Shown here: positions 1 to 9,752 of the stretch, in pieces
Layout: each line of letters starts with the position of its first letter
Position numbering within the stretch: position 1 is the stretch's first letter
Source: Candidatus Saccharimonadia bacterium
GTDB lineage: Bacteria > Patescibacteriota > Saccharimonadia > UBA4664
Length of the DNA: 64,000 nucleotides
Assembly (NCBI GenBank): GCA_036488585.1
Contig: DASXHH010000009.1
Location: 64,399 to 128,398, forward strand
Direction: 5' to 3'
Made by a program: the position numbers and the translations under genes
The notes under the pieces: generated by a model
Told to the model about the DNA's origin: nothing
The model's database searches: none
What the model saw: only the letters and a program-made list of their open reading frames with translations

Positions 1-266
1 ACGGCCGCGCCCACAGCATCCACCAGCAGGCGCACCTTTACGCCGGCCCTGGCGCGCTCGCACAGTGCGTCGGCGAACTCATTGGCGATGTGACTGCGCC
101 AATAGACGTAGGTGGAGAACTCAATGGTGCTCTTTGCCTCGCGAACGGCTTCCAGCATGGAGGGGAAAATTTCGTCACCATTCTGCAAAATGATGAGCGA
201 ATTTCCTGGCCGGTAGGGTGACCCGGCGGCCGCCTCGGTGACATGAATAAAAGGATTTGAAGACAT
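1..266 (-). CDS. cls: Cardiolipin synthase / phospholipase D family protein, 5' part (runs off window start)
   Basis: Not in ORF track. Manual translation from ATG at 266: MSSNPFIHVTEAAAGSPYRPGNSLIILQNGDEIFPSMLEAVREAKSTIEFSTYVYWRSHIANEFADALCERARAGVKVRLLVDAVGA, the typical Cls N-terminal PLD region (NG-E-FP-ML, A-AGV-VRLL-D-VG). HKD motifs lie outside the window. Confidence 0.85.
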   Translation of the reverse strand, partial: MSSNPFIHVTEAAAGSPYRPGNSLIILQNGDEIFPSMLEAVREAKSTIEFSTYVYWRSHIANEFADALCERARAGVKVRLLVDAVGAA

Positions 267-282
267 ATCTTGGTATTTTACC

Positions 283-1614
283 TTAATGTGGGCAATTGCT
301 CGCCTGAGGCAGCCCGGCTTCGAGTGCATGCATCCAGGCCAAAGTGTCGGAGAAGCTGCGGACCATAGTGTTGTAGTGAGTGGCGTCCTGGTATTCGGCC
401 AGCTGGACGGGGCCGGTACTGGAGCGACAGAGCGTGGTGAAGGCAGCCTGCTGCTGGGCTGGCAGTACCACGTTGTCTTGTGTGCCGCCGTTGATGCGTT
501 TGGCACTGGAGGTACTGAGTGCTCCGACCGCATTTTTATCCATGTCATCGCCAAAACTGGCGAACGGTGTGCCGGCCCATTGGCCGCTCGTGAGGGTTTG
601 TAGGAACTCCGGGGTGTAGACGCCGTCGGGCTTGTGGCCCCAGTGGATAATGTCGGTGTCGATGCAGTGGGCCGGCACATCTTTATTCAAGGTGCTGAGG
701 AATTGAGGCACTAGAATTTGATTATTCGGGTATTGGCCATGGTAGTAATCGGAGTAGCTGTAAAGCAGGTAGGGGCCAAACCAGTTGATATTGGCGCCAT
801 GCGTGACGTCGGCTAGCGTCTCTTTTACATCCATGACTGGACCAAATCCGACCACGCCCTTGTCTTTGATTTCAGGTGCGTAACTGGCGGCGATTTTGTC
901 GGCCCAAAACGCGGCGTGGCCACCCTGTGAGTAGCCAGACAAGAAGACGGAGCCGGTGTCGAGTCGGCCGCGAGCCGCCGGCAGGTGTTTAAGTGCTCGC
1001 ACACTGTCGAGGAGGGCCCGGCCTTCTAATTCCCCCACCATGTAGTGGTGGATGCGAGACGAATCGCGCATGCCTTCGTAGTCGGTGGTGACCACGGCGA
1101 AGCCTTGTGAGGCGTAGGCGGCCAGGTGCGAGTCATAGTTGGCCCAGTTGGCCACTTTAGGTTTTTCGAGGCTGGCGGCGCATTCGTCGCCGATGCCGGT
1201 GGTGCCGGGAGCAAAAGCAAAGATCGGCAGATTGGTGCGAGGCACTGTCGGCAAGTAGGCGCGCCCGTACACTGTGATGTCTTCACCTGTGGGCAGCTCA
1301 GAGCGGTAGTGGAAGACATATTTGGTGATGCCCGTGGCGACTGGCGGCATTGAAGAGCCGTAGTCTTCCTTGGCCAGGGCATCGGTTTGAGCAGCGGTGT
1401 AAGCCTGAGTACTATCAATGCCGAGCAGGTCACCGGGTCGGGGTTGCAGCAGAGCGGCAGCATCGGGCAGTGTGGGAGCGGGAGACGGCACTTTGGATCC
1501 CACGGCCCACCAGTAGAAGTACAATAAGGCGAAGGCCAACGCTGCTAACACCCAAAACCGCCAGCGTAGACGATGCTTCAGGCGACGGTTGAAAACATAG
1601 TGCTTGATTGCCAC
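283..1614 (-). CDS. Membrane-anchored secretory lipase (LIP-type alpha/beta hydrolase)
   Basis: N-terminal TM helix; PGTTGIGDECAAS, TDYEG and GYSQGG nucleophile elbow; C-terminal D and H candidates (DNVV, ATH). Confidence 0.8.
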   Translation of the reverse strand: MAIKHYVFNRRLKHRLRWRFWVLAALAFALLYFYWWAVGSKVPSPAPTLPDAAALLQPRPGDLLGIDSTQAYTAAQTDALAKEDYGSSMPPVATGITKYVFHYRSELPTGEDITVYGRAYLPTVPRTNLPIFAFAPGTTGIGDECAASLEKPKVANWANYDSHLAAYASQGFAVVTTDYEGMRDSSRIHHYMVGELEGRALLDSVRALKHLPAARGRLDTGSVFLSGYSQGGHAAFWADKIAASYAPEIKDKGVVGFGPVMDVKETLADVTHGANINWFGPYLLYSYSDYYHGQYPNNQILVPQFLSTLNKDVPAHCIDTDIIHWGHKPDGVYTPEFLQTLTSGQWAGTPFASFGDDMDKNAVGALSTSSAKRINGGTQDNVVLPAQQQAAFTTLCRSSTGPVQLAEYQDATHYNTMVRSFSDTLAWMHALEAGLPQASNCPH

Positions 1615-1616
1615 CG

Positions 1617-2090
1617 CTAGCCTTTTACCTTGAACGTTAGGATGTCCATGCTAACACCATCTTGCATCGTACTGTGATGGAATTTAAAGCCCTGACGCTC
1701 GTAATAGCGTCGGTGGTCGTGGGTAGCGAGCGACACTACATCAGCCCCCCGCTCGGCGAGCAATTTAAGCATGCGGGATAGGAGTTTGAGGCCAGTGTTA
1801 CGGCCACGCTGGTCGGGATCCACATACAGCCAAAACAGCTGAGCTGGTCCCGTGACCGGCGCTGCGCCAATGGCGTAGCCGATGAGGTGGCCGTCCTGTT
1901 TGGCTATTAGCAGTACTCGGCGACGGTTGAAGTAGCCCTGAAGCAGATTCAATAGCGAGTGATCGCGAGCGACTTTGACGCGGGCATCGGCCGGAAAGTA
2001 ACTAAAGTGCTCTTCGACTGCCCGAACGAAGACGTGGCGTAGGACGGGCAAATCAAAGATAGAGGCCTGTGTAATAGTTAAGCGACCCAT
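1617..2090 (-). CDS. GNAT family N-acetyltransferase
   Basis: LYVDPDQRGRNTG acetyl-CoA motif A; YYERQGF motif. Confidence 0.85.
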   Translation of the reverse strand: MGRLTITQASIFDLPVLRHVFVRAVEEHFSYFPADARVKVARDHSLLNLLQGYFNRRRVLLIAKQDGHLIGYAIGAAPVTGPAQLFWLYVDPDQRGRNTGLKLLSRMLKLLAERGADVVSLATHDHRRYYERQGFKFHHSTMQDGVSMDILTFKVKG

Positions 2091-2156
2091 AAAGCTTATC
2101 CTAACTTATCTAACCGTGCGTAGGAAGACCCCGCACCTCGATTGGGGCGTAGGCGC

Positions 2157-2660
2157 TCATTTAGCGGCCGCTACCTCTTTTTCGCGCTGGCGACGCCGAG
2201 CGCGGGATTCGGCTCGGCGATCAGCCTCGTTTTTAGCCAGGTGTTTTACCGACTCCATCTCAGAGGTAAGGTCTTTGATGTCTACGCCCTGCTTGTCGGC
2301 CAGGCGGACCAATGTGCGCATGATGATAGCGATTTCGCGCTCGGACTGAACGTCGGTTTCGTAGTCGAGCTGGGAGCGGATTTCGGATTTATCAGCGGCG
2401 CGGTTCTGGCTGATCATGACAAAGGTGGAGAGGAAGATAGCCTCGAGGGAAACGATCATGGTGAGCAATCCAAACGGAAATTTGTCGAACTCATAGCCGA
2501 CGCCAAGCAAGCCCAGACCCGCCGCAATCCAGACGCCGAACCAGATCGCGTGAAAGTAGACGAAGTTCATGTTGCCGGCGAGCGAGGTAATAGCGTCGGC
2601 CGCCTTGTCTTCAAAGTCACGGAATTGCTTGATATATAGGTTTGGGTTAATGAGCGCCAT
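2157..2660 (-). CDS. DUF1003 membrane protein
   Basis: FDKFPFGLLTMIVSLEAIFLSTFVMISQNR signature. Confidence 0.85.
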   Translation of the reverse strand: MALINPNLYIKQFRDFEDKAADAITSLAGNMNFVYFHAIWFGVWIAAGLGLLGVGYEFDKFPFGLLTMIVSLEAIFLSTFVMISQNRAADKSEIRSQLDYETDVQSEREIAIIMRTLVRLADKQGVDIKDLTSEMESVKHLAKNEADRRAESRARRRQREKEVAAAK

Positions 2661-2818
2661 GTTTGTGCCCTGCTTATTTGCTGGCGTAAGTATAACAAAA
2701 TTGTTGGCGCGGACGCTTGCACCTCTCGCGGCCGGAGAGCATTTACGCCGCGGTCAAGGCTAGCAGAGAAGGGCGGCGGCTAACAGGTTAACATGATGAG
2801 GAGCGAGTTTTAGCTTCA

Positions 2819-4402
2819 TTACCCCCATTCTACCGTGGCGGGCGGTTTATCGGAGATCCGGTAAACAACGGCGGCGACTTCGCGGATTTCGTTGGTGAGC
2901 CGACGGGAAACGTGGCGCAGGAAGTCGTAGGGTAGCTCGGCCCACTCTACGGTGAAACCGTTGGTGCTCCAGACGGCCCAGAGTGCGAGCACCAGGCCGG
3001 TGCCGGCGTCGTCGCCCTTGGTGAAGGTGTGCCCAGAGGTGGTGACTACGGCGCCGGCCTGCCAACTGGATTCGTAGAGGCCGGCCCGACGCAACTCCTC
3101 GATGAAGATGCCATCGGCCTGGCGAGCGATGTGGAGCTTATCGGCTGTCACTTCGCCCTCGATGCGCACGATTAGGCCGGGGCCGGGGAACGGGTGGCGC
3201 ACCAGCAGCTCTTCGGGCAGACCGAGGTTACGGCCGATGGCGCGGGCAGTGTCTTTGACCATGTCGTCGAGCGGGGTGAGCTCGGGTACGGAAAAGCCGA
3301 GGTTGGCGTTATGATGGAGCTTGATTTGGGCTTTGCGAGCGCCGGACTGGTGGCCGCCACCCGACTCGGTAAGGTCGGTATAGAGAGTGCCCTGAGCGAT
3401 AAAGGCGGCTTTGAATTTGGCGGCTTCGGTTTCGAGTACCTGCTTGTATATGCCCCGCATGGCAACGCGTTTGTCGTGCATAGCGGTAATACCGGCCAGC
3501 GCCTTCAGGAACTCGGCGGTGGCGTCATGAATGTGAAGATCTAGATGGCTGAAATATTGCCTTACGAAAGCTTCGTCGTCCGGACGGTCGATGCCGCGAA
3601 TGTAAATGGCGCGGACTTGGCCCGGCTTGAGGGCTTTAGTAAGAAGAGCCGCCACCACCGACGAATCGCTGCCGCCGGACAATGCCAAAAGCACACGCTT
3701 GTTCCCTACCTGGGCGCGGATGTCTTTAGCCTTGAGACCAGCAACATCACCGGCCGGAAAACGGTCCTGCGCTCCGCAAATGCCAAACACGAAGTTCTCG
3801 AGCAGCCTGAGGCCGTCCTCGCCGGCTGTGACCTCTGGATGGAACTGCACGCCCCAGAGGTGGCGCAAGTGGCCGGCAGCGACCGGAGCGTTGTCGGTGG
3901 TGGCTAGGACTTCGATGCTGGGGCTGGGCTCGATGCGGTCACCGTGGCTTTGCAATACCTGTGATCCCGACTGGATGCCTGCAAACAGCGGTGAGTCGAC
4001 GGTGAGTTTGAGTGGATGCCTGCCAAACTCCCGGTGTGCCGCGGCCCCCACTCGGGCGCCGCGATGGGCGGCCCACATCTGAAAGCCCAGGCAAATGCCG
4101 AGCACTGGAATGCCGAGGTCGAACACCGAGAGATCGAACGGCGGGTTGTCCGACGCCGACGACGGACCGCCCGACACAATGATACCGGTGGGGTTTAGCT
4201 TCATAACGCCCGCAGCCGTCACTTGCTCCGGGTCGGCCACCAGGCAGTAGACGCCCAGCCGGTCGAGCGCGAGTTTGATGAGATGGTCGAATTGGCTCCC
4301 CATGGCAAAAAGTAAAAACAGCTCTCGCGTGTGGCGCAGCTGTTTCTCGGATTCGATCTCGCTGAGGGTCTCGGGCGTAACCTGAGTGAGCGTACTTATC
4401 AT
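2819..4402 (-). CDS. guaA: GMP synthase (glutamine-hydrolysing)
   Basis: SGGP, GICLG, QFHPEV GATase triad; SGGSDS PP-loop; IKLHHN, RHPFPGPGL and C-terminal KPPATVEW. Confidence 0.97.
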   Translation of the reverse strand: MISTLTQVTPETLSEIESEKQLRHTRELFLLFAMGSQFDHLIKLALDRLGVYCLVADPEQVTAAGVMKLNPTGIIVSGGPSSASDNPPFDLSVFDLGIPVLGICLGFQMWAAHRGARVGAAAHREFGRHPLKLTVDSPLFAGIQSGSQVLQSHGDRIEPSPSIEVLATTDNAPVAAGHLRHLWGVQFHPEVTAGEDGLRLLENFVFGICGAQDRFPAGDVAGLKAKDIRAQVGNKRVLLALSGGSDSSVVAALLTKALKPGQVRAIYIRGIDRPDDEAFVRQYFSHLDLHIHDATAEFLKALAGITAMHDKRVAMRGIYKQVLETEAAKFKAAFIAQGTLYTDLTESGGGHQSGARKAQIKLHHNANLGFSVPELTPLDDMVKDTARAIGRNLGLPEELLVRHPFPGPGLIVRIEGEVTADKLHIARQADGIFIEELRRAGLYESSWQAGAVVTTSGHTFTKGDDAGTGLVLALWAVWSTNGFTVEWAELPYDFLRHVSRRLTNEIREVAAVVYRISDKPPATVEWG

Positions 4403-4950
4403 AGGTGCTCTTTTAAACGCGCGCTGAATTTTTCACGCAATTTGTGCAATTTCGGGTTAATTACAACCTGACAGTAAGCCTGCTCTGGGTTGTTGCGGTA
4501 ATAATTGTGATGGTAAGGCTCGGCCTCGTAGAAGTGACCCAGAGGCAACAACTCGGTCACGATGGGGTCGGAGATTTCCGACTGAGCCTCTTTGATGGAC
4601 TCCCGAGCGACGTGATGCTGGTTCTCGTCTAGGTAAAAGATGATGGACCGGTACTCTGACCCAATGTCGTTACCTTGGCGATCTTTGGTGGTGGGATCAT
4701 GGATGACCCAGAAGATGTCGAGGAGCTGGCGGAACGAAATTTGCTGGGGGTCGAATTCAATACGCACAACCTCAACATGACCGGTGCTGCCGGTAGATAC
4801 CTGTTCGTAGGTTGGGTCGGAAGCGCGCCCACCGGCATAGCCAGGGACTACCCGCTCTACGCCCCGAACCATCTGGTACGAGGCCTCCAAGCACCAAAAG
4901 CAACCCCCTGCCAGTACGGCTGTTTCGAGATGATGGAGCTCGTGGGTCAT
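4399..4950 (-). CDS. msrA: Peptide-methionine (S)-S-oxide reductase
   Basis: GGCFWC, HDPTT-RQGND-G-YRS and AEPYH motifs; ATGA overlap with guaA. Confidence 0.97.
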   Translation of the reverse strand: MTHELHHLETAVLAGGCFWCLEASYQMVRGVERVVPGYAGGRASDPTYEQVSTGSTGHVEVVRIEFDPQQISFRQLLDIFWVIHDPTTKDRQGNDIGSEYRSIIFYLDENQHHVARESIKEAQSEISDPIVTELLPLGHFYEAEPYHHNYYRNNPEQAYCQVVINPKLHKLREKFSARLKEHL

Positions 4951-5067
4951 ATTGTTTGTAGTCTACCAAAGATGGGCTAGACTTTGGCATGGAAAATTGA
5001 GGTTATGCCGATGAATTGGTAGTGGCGTCGGAGCATGATGGGTTCAGATTTAACAAATGGAGGCATC

Positions 5068-5481
5068 ATGGATAAACGTGAGGTAAGAGTGAGCCGGGTG
5101 GGTCTGGGCCCGCTAGCGCTATTTGAGGGCCTGCTGGCGGCGGTGCTGGGATTTACAGTATCGGTGTTGGCATGGATTTCGACGACGACCTCGTGGACGG
5201 CTTCCACACAGACGACGCTGCGTGGCTTGCTATTTGGGCTAGCACCAGGGCTGGGCGCCGTGATTTTGGACACGATCATCTACTTTGTGGTCGGCCTGAT
5301 CATTGGCTACGTGCACGGCGCGCTGTTTAATCTGGTGGCCAGCTGGATGGGCGGCGCCGAGGTGGCCACTCGTGACTACGGCGAGGACGAAGAGGTGGCG
5401 CGAACGGCACCGGCTCGCATGCGACGGGCCGAGCCAACCTTTGGCGAAACAGTGGACAACCGGCGGCGAATGGACCGATAG
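5068..5481 (+). CDS. Two-TM membrane protein (DUF3566-like)
   Basis: GGAGG before ATG 5068; two hydrophobic segments; terminator hairpin follows. Confidence 0.6.
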   Translation: MDKREVRVSRVGLGPLALFEGLLAAVLGFTVSVLAWISTTTSWTASTQTTLRGLLFGLAPGLGAVILDTIIYFVVGLIIGYVHGALFNLVASWMGGAEVATRDYGEDEEVARTAPARMRRAEPTFGETVDNRRRMDR

Positions 5482-5499
5482 TCGGAGCTTACTCCAACA

Positions 5500-5525
5500 G
5501 AAAGGCGGCCTTGCGGCCGCCTTTC
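5500..5525 (+). terminator. Intrinsic terminator hairpin
   Basis: GAAAGGCGGCC-ttgc-GGCCGCCTTTC 11-bp stem just after the stop at 5481. Confidence 0.7.
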
Positions 5526-5802
5526 GTTTAGATAGTCTTTTGAAGTCTCGACTTTTTGGCACCTGCAGTACCCAGCAAAAGGAGCAAACTCAACTTTTGC
5601 GTTTTGGTATCGTGGCTCCACCCCGACTATCTGTCTATTTATTAGCACAACCGTTATGGCGGCGTCAATTAGATTTATCCACATTTTGGAGCAAACCTGG
5701 ACGCTGGACAGATTATTTGCTAACTTTGTTGACGGTCGCTGACATCGGGCGCCCAGTCCAAAATCCTGGCGGCGAGATCGCCCCCCGACAGTAAGGACGC
5801 GC

Positions 5803-6282
5803 ATGACGCAAGAGCACGACGACCGGCCAGTGGTCCTCGTATACATGTGTTCTGACGAACGGTTTGATGGAAGTACTGGCCGTATGGCCGAGCTCAAGAA
5901 GTTCTATGAGGTCCGCGGCTACAAGGTCTACTTCGTGCGAGTGGCGGCCACCGCCAACTGGCTGGCCGACGCCGACGAAAGCTCACACCTACTGAGCATG
6001 AGCCAGCCATTCCTGCTGAGCGCAAGGATAGTGATAGTGGAGGCCCACATGACCTGCGTGGGCCTGCGCAACATCTACGCCCAGCGCGGCCTCACCGCGC
6101 TAAAGGACGCAGACGAGGAAACGGTGCATAAGGGGCATCTGCTGATCGGGGCACACCGAGTAGTGACGGAGCTGAGGCGACTCGGCAACACTTATGCCGC
6201 AGTACACGCCCAACTAAACCATATGACCTCGACCGCGGAGAGGATCGGCATATGGTCAACCTCCCCATCTAGTGATAGCTAG
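5803..6282 (+). CDS. Beta-carbonic-anhydrase-like protein (divergent)
   Basis: CSDER (CxDxR) and AHMTCVG (HxxC) Zn-ligand motifs with beta-CA-like spacing. Confidence 0.55.
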   Translation: MTQEHDDRPVVLVYMCSDERFDGSTGRMAELKKFYEVRGYKVYFVRVAATANWLADADESSHLLSMSQPFLLSARIVIVEAHMTCVGLRNIYAQRGLTALKDADEETVHKGHLLIGAHRVVTELRRLGNTYAAVHAQLNHMTSTAERIGIWSTSPSSDS

Positions 6283-6339
6283 TTCCCGGTCGCGGGCGCC
6301 CCATGCTGTGATTAGGTGGGGCGCTTTGCGTTTTAGGGG

Positions 6340-7701
6340 CTAGTTAATGTTCGCGGCGGGAGTGCCCGGATCGTAGATGGTGAGGCCATCGCCATTTTTT
6401 GACCATTCCCGCACCACGGCCTCCACGATTTCCCACGAAGCGATAACCTCGTCGGAGGTGGCAAACAGGGTTTGGTCACCTCGAATGCCATCCATAAGCA
6501 CACGTTCGTAGGCGTTGGGCTGGGTTTTTAGACCGAAGCTCTCGGCGTAAGTAAAGGCCATTTCGACCTGCTCTGTCTTATTGTCGAGGCCAGGCTTCTT
6601 GGCTTGCAGGTCGATATCAATGCCCTCGTCCGGCTGGATGCGGAAACGGAGAGTGTTGGGCGTACTACCCTGCTGAGCTGCAAAGGTGATGACGATTTCG
6701 GTGCTGCGCTTATTGAGCCTTTTGCCGGTCTGGAGCGTAAGGTTCACCTCGTTCCAGCGCTCGTTGCCTATGCGCAGCTTCAAGCGCGCGAAGGTTTCAG
6801 TTGTAGAGTCGGGGTTGCCGACTTCCTCGGCGTAACCGCGATATTGACCCCGGGCGGATACTTCGGCTACTTTGTTGGGCTTGATCTTTCGGATGGATCT
6901 CAAGAGTTTTAGCTTTTCCCGGTGAATGTGGTCCGAGTCCAAAACCCGAGGTTTCTCCATGGTAGTAATGGCAAGCAGTTGCAGGAGATGGTTCTGAACG
7001 AAATCGCGCAGGGCGCCGGTCGATTCATAGAAAGCGGCACGACCCTCAACACCGATGGTCTCGGATGCCGTAATAGTAATATCCTGGATGCTGCCGGAGT
7101 CCCAAACGGCTTCGAAAATGGGGTTAGTAAAGCGGAAGACCAGGATGTTTTGGGCGGTCTCTTTGGCCAGGTAATGATCGATGCGGTAAATTTGGGATTC
7201 TTTGAAGCTGTGCTTGATGCGGGCGATGAGTTCGCGGGCGGATTCCAAATCGTAGCCGAACGGCTTTTCGATCATGACGCGGCTATCGGCCTCGCCGTGC
7301 TGGCAGCCGGTGTTGAGGCCGCTCGTTCCAAGGAGGTCCACGACCGGTCCATATGTACCCGGAGGGATCGAGAGGTAGAACAAGCGGTTCAGGCAGACCC
7401 CGCGCTCGTCTTCGATGCGGTCGAGGGTGGATTTGAGGGCGCGGTAATCCGCTTCTAGCGTCGGGTCCATTTGGACGATGCGCAGACGGCCGGCCAGTTG
7501 AGCTGCGGCCTCTGAACTGACCTGCCCCAGCACATCTGCGGCAGTGACCCGGCGACGGGTTGTGCCGATGATCTCAAATTGCTCAGGCAAGAGGTTCTGG
7601 GCTGCCAGGTCGCTGAGCGCGGGCAAAAGATAGCGCCGCGACAGATCGCCAGTGATACCGAAGATCACCAACAGGCCGGAGGTGAGGGGCGTTTTGTTCA
7701 T
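6340..7701 (-). CDS. zwf: Glucose-6-phosphate 1-dehydrogenase
   Basis: FGITGDLS, EKPFG, YRIDHYLAKE and RDFVQNHLLQ motifs. Confidence 0.97.
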   Translation of the reverse strand: MNKTPLTSGLLVIFGITGDLSRRYLLPALSDLAAQNLLPEQFEIIGTTRRRVTAADVLGQVSSEAAAQLAGRLRIVQMDPTLEADYRALKSTLDRIEDERGVCLNRLFYLSIPPGTYGPVVDLLGTSGLNTGCQHGEADSRVMIEKPFGYDLESARELIARIKHSFKESQIYRIDHYLAKETAQNILVFRFTNPIFEAVWDSGSIQDITITASETIGVEGRAAFYESTGALRDFVQNHLLQLLAITTMEKPRVLDSDHIHREKLKLLRSIRKIKPNKVAEVSARGQYRGYAEEVGNPDSTTETFARLKLRIGNERWNEVNLTLQTGKRLNKRSTEIVITFAAQQGSTPNTLRFRIQPDEGIDIDLQAKKPGLDNKTEQVEMAFTYAESFGLKTQPNAYERVLMDGIRGDQTLFATSDEVIASWEIVEAVVREWSKNGDGLTIYDPGTPAANIN

Positions 7702-8603
7702 GACTTATTAATAGCGTGGCCGCCGAAGCCGTGACGCATGGCCGCTAAAAGTTTGGTGCCGAAGTTGGTATGGCCCTGCTGCGAGGCGAGGCGGACATCC
7801 ATGGCAGCTTGGATGGCGGGCATGGGCAGATCTTGCGATGCCGCGGTCTCGAGGGTCCAGCGGGCCTCGCCGGTTTCGGCCACGAAGCCGTCGATACCTT
7901 CGAGGTTGGGATTAGCGCGCAGGGCCTCGCCGGTGAGGCGGTTGAGCAGCGATTCCACCACGCTGCCGTGTTGCCAGATGGCGGCGATCTGCGCCAGGTT
8001 GAGGTCGGGGTAATCGTGGCCGGTCTTAAGCAAGTTGAAGCCCTCTGCCAGCGATTCCATCATGCCGTATTCGATGGCGTTGTGAATCATCTTCACGTAG
8101 TGTCCGGAGCCGGCGGGTCCCATGTGAGCCCAGCCGCCGGGTTGGGCCAGAGCTTGGAAGAGCGGAGCGAGGCGGTCAATAGCCGCTTTGTCGCCGCCAA
8201 CCATGATGCAGTAACCGGCGGTGGCACCGAGGATGCCGCCGGAGGTGCCGGCGTCCACCAACGTGACGCCGCGTTCAGCGGCCAAGGCGGCGCGGCGCTT
8301 AGTTTCGCGATAATCCGAGTTGCCGCCGTCGACTATAATGCCCCCCTTAGGCATGAGATCGATGATTTTGGCCATCTCGTTTTCTATCACATCGGACGGA
8401 ATCATCAGCCAAACGATGGGATCTGGGCCGAGGTCGCCGACGAGAGTTTTATAATCGGCCGCCGCGCTAGCGCCGGTTTCGGACGCGGCCTGGGCGACAT
8501 GTTCCGGATTGCGGCCGGTAACGACCACTTCATGGCCGGCCTTCACTAGTCGTCCCACCATGTTGCCGCCCATGCGACCGAGACCGATAAATCCGATTTT
8601 CAT
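7698..8603 (-). CDS. gnd: 6-phosphogluconate dehydrogenase, decarboxylating (short YqeC-type)
   Basis: GLGRMG, DGGNS, GTSGG, KMIHNAIEYG and AMRHGFGGH motifs. Confidence 0.95.
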   Translation of the reverse strand: MKIGFIGLGRMGGNMVGRLVKAGHEVVVTGRNPEHVAQAASETGASAAADYKTLVGDLGPDPIVWLMIPSDVIENEMAKIIDLMPKGGIIVDGGNSDYRETKRRAALAAERGVTLVDAGTSGGILGATAGYCIMVGGDKAAIDRLAPLFQALAQPGGWAHMGPAGSGHYVKMIHNAIEYGMMESLAEGFNLLKTGHDYPDLNLAQIAAIWQHGSVVESLLNRLTGEALRANPNLEGIDGFVAETGEARWTLETAASQDLPMPAIQAAMDVRLASQQGHTNFGTKLLAAMRHGFGGHAINKS

Positions 8604-9268
8604 AGCGTTTCTCCTTTGTAATCATTAAATATGGCCAGACTGGGAGCCTGCTTAAGGGCTTGAGCGGATTGCTCGGTATAGGGCAACTGCTGGCTCAACC
8701 GTTCGAGTTGGGGGTGCTTGGACTCGCCCACCGCGTATACCACGGCCTCGTCGAGGCGGGCGATGGCGGCCGGGGTGCTGGAGATGCGACGGAAGTCGCC
8801 GGCCTCATAGTAAGCCGCCAGTTCTACGTGGTCGGGGGCGTTTTGAGCGGGTAGGCCGGCGGTGTGGCCGTCGGGACCGATACCGAAGAGGCCCAGGTGG
8901 TACCCACCGGCGGCCAGCTCGTGCGCCAGGACGTCGGCAAAAGCAGCCGTGTCGGCGGCAATATCTGAGCCGGTGAGTACTGGCAGCAGCCGCGCGCCAG
9001 GCAGCTTAAACCCGGCACGAGCGAGCTGGAACCAGTTGGAATCGGGGTGCCCAACTGGCCCAGGGCGCTCGTCGGTGAGGGTAACGGTGAGGTGCTCGAG
9101 CGGAGTTCCGCCCAGCGCCGCCGCCACTTCGACCTCTACAGCGACGGCCGAGCCACCCGAAACTTCCCACAGCACCCGCTCCCCTGCCCGTAGATGAGTG
9201 CCGATGGTGTCGGCCAGATATTTTACGAGCGGTTGGGGTGACGAAATTTTAATAAAACGCGGTGTCAT
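8600..9268 (-). CDS. pgl: 6-phosphogluconolactonase
   Basis: SGGS, TDER, HPDSN and GIGPDGHTAG motifs; ATGA overlaps on both sides. Confidence 0.88.
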   Translation of the reverse strand: MTPRFIKISSPQPLVKYLADTIGTHLRAGERVLWEVSGGSAVAVEVEVAAALGGTPLEHLTVTLTDERPGPVGHPDSNWFQLARAGFKLPGARLLPVLTGSDIAADTAAFADVLAHELAAGGYHLGLFGIGPDGHTAGLPAQNAPDHVELAAYYEAGDFRRISSTPAAIARLDEAVVYAVGESKHPQLERLSQQLPYTEQSAQALKQAPSLAIFNDYKGETL

Positions 9269-9702
9269 AGCCAATGTCCGTCGCGCATGAGCATACGGCC
9301 CTCCAATTCTTCCTCACTTTGCCAAGCCTGTACCGATACCGGCGTCATCACAAGGTAAACCCAATCGCCGGTGGCGGTGCGGGGGTCCCACTGGTTGCGA
9401 GCGTTAAAGTGTTCGCTAACTTGGGGGTCGGCCTCGGTCACGGGTACGAGTTTTACCTGAACATCGAGCAAGAGCACGTCTCGGGTGTCACCGACCGCCA
9501 GCCGTGCGAGCTCTGAGGCCTTGATATTGCGCACGGTGATGGAAGCTGATGGAGTGGCCGCAACCACACGCGTACCATCCCAATCGAGCGAGAATGGTAC
9601 CAGATGAGGACGGCCGCGGTGATCGGCGGTGGCTACCCAGACGTCACGCTGAGTTTGCAACTGGTAGTGAGCATGGTCTTGGCGGACCTTGAGTGTTCGC
9701 AT
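9265..9702 (-). CDS. Pyridoxamine 5'-phosphate oxidase-like split-barrel flavin/deazaflavin protein
   Basis: VWVATAD-RGRPHLVPFS, TVRNI, WDPR and QAW-EEEL-GR-LMRDG-W motifs typical of actinobacterial PPOX-class proteins; first gene of the pgl-gnd-zwf operon. Confidence 0.8.
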   Translation of the reverse strand: MRTLKVRQDHAHYQLQTQRDVWVATADHRGRPHLVPFSLDWDGTRVVAATPSASITVRNIKASELARLAVGDTRDVLLLDVQVKLVPVTEADPQVSEHFNARNQWDPRTATGDWVYLVMTPVSVQAWQSEEELEGRMLMRDGHWL

Positions 9703-9752
9703 ACGTGAATAATAACAGGGCGGACGGGGATTTTACGCCTTATAGTGGAGAT
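9703..9752. promoter_or_regulatory. Back-to-back divergent promoters, both leaderless-type
   Basis: Minus strand TATTAT (9714-9709) 6 nt before ATG 9702; plus strand TATAGT (9741-9746) 6 nt before ATG 9753. Confidence 0.6.

Noticed and set aside
38-244. ORF-track 68-aa ORF
   Set aside because: Wrong frame; the region encodes the cls N-terminus from 266.
5675-5683. Perfect DnaA box TTATCCACA in a long intergenic region
   Set aside because: Single copy; no box cluster, dnaA/dnaN or unwinding element nearby, so not called oriC.
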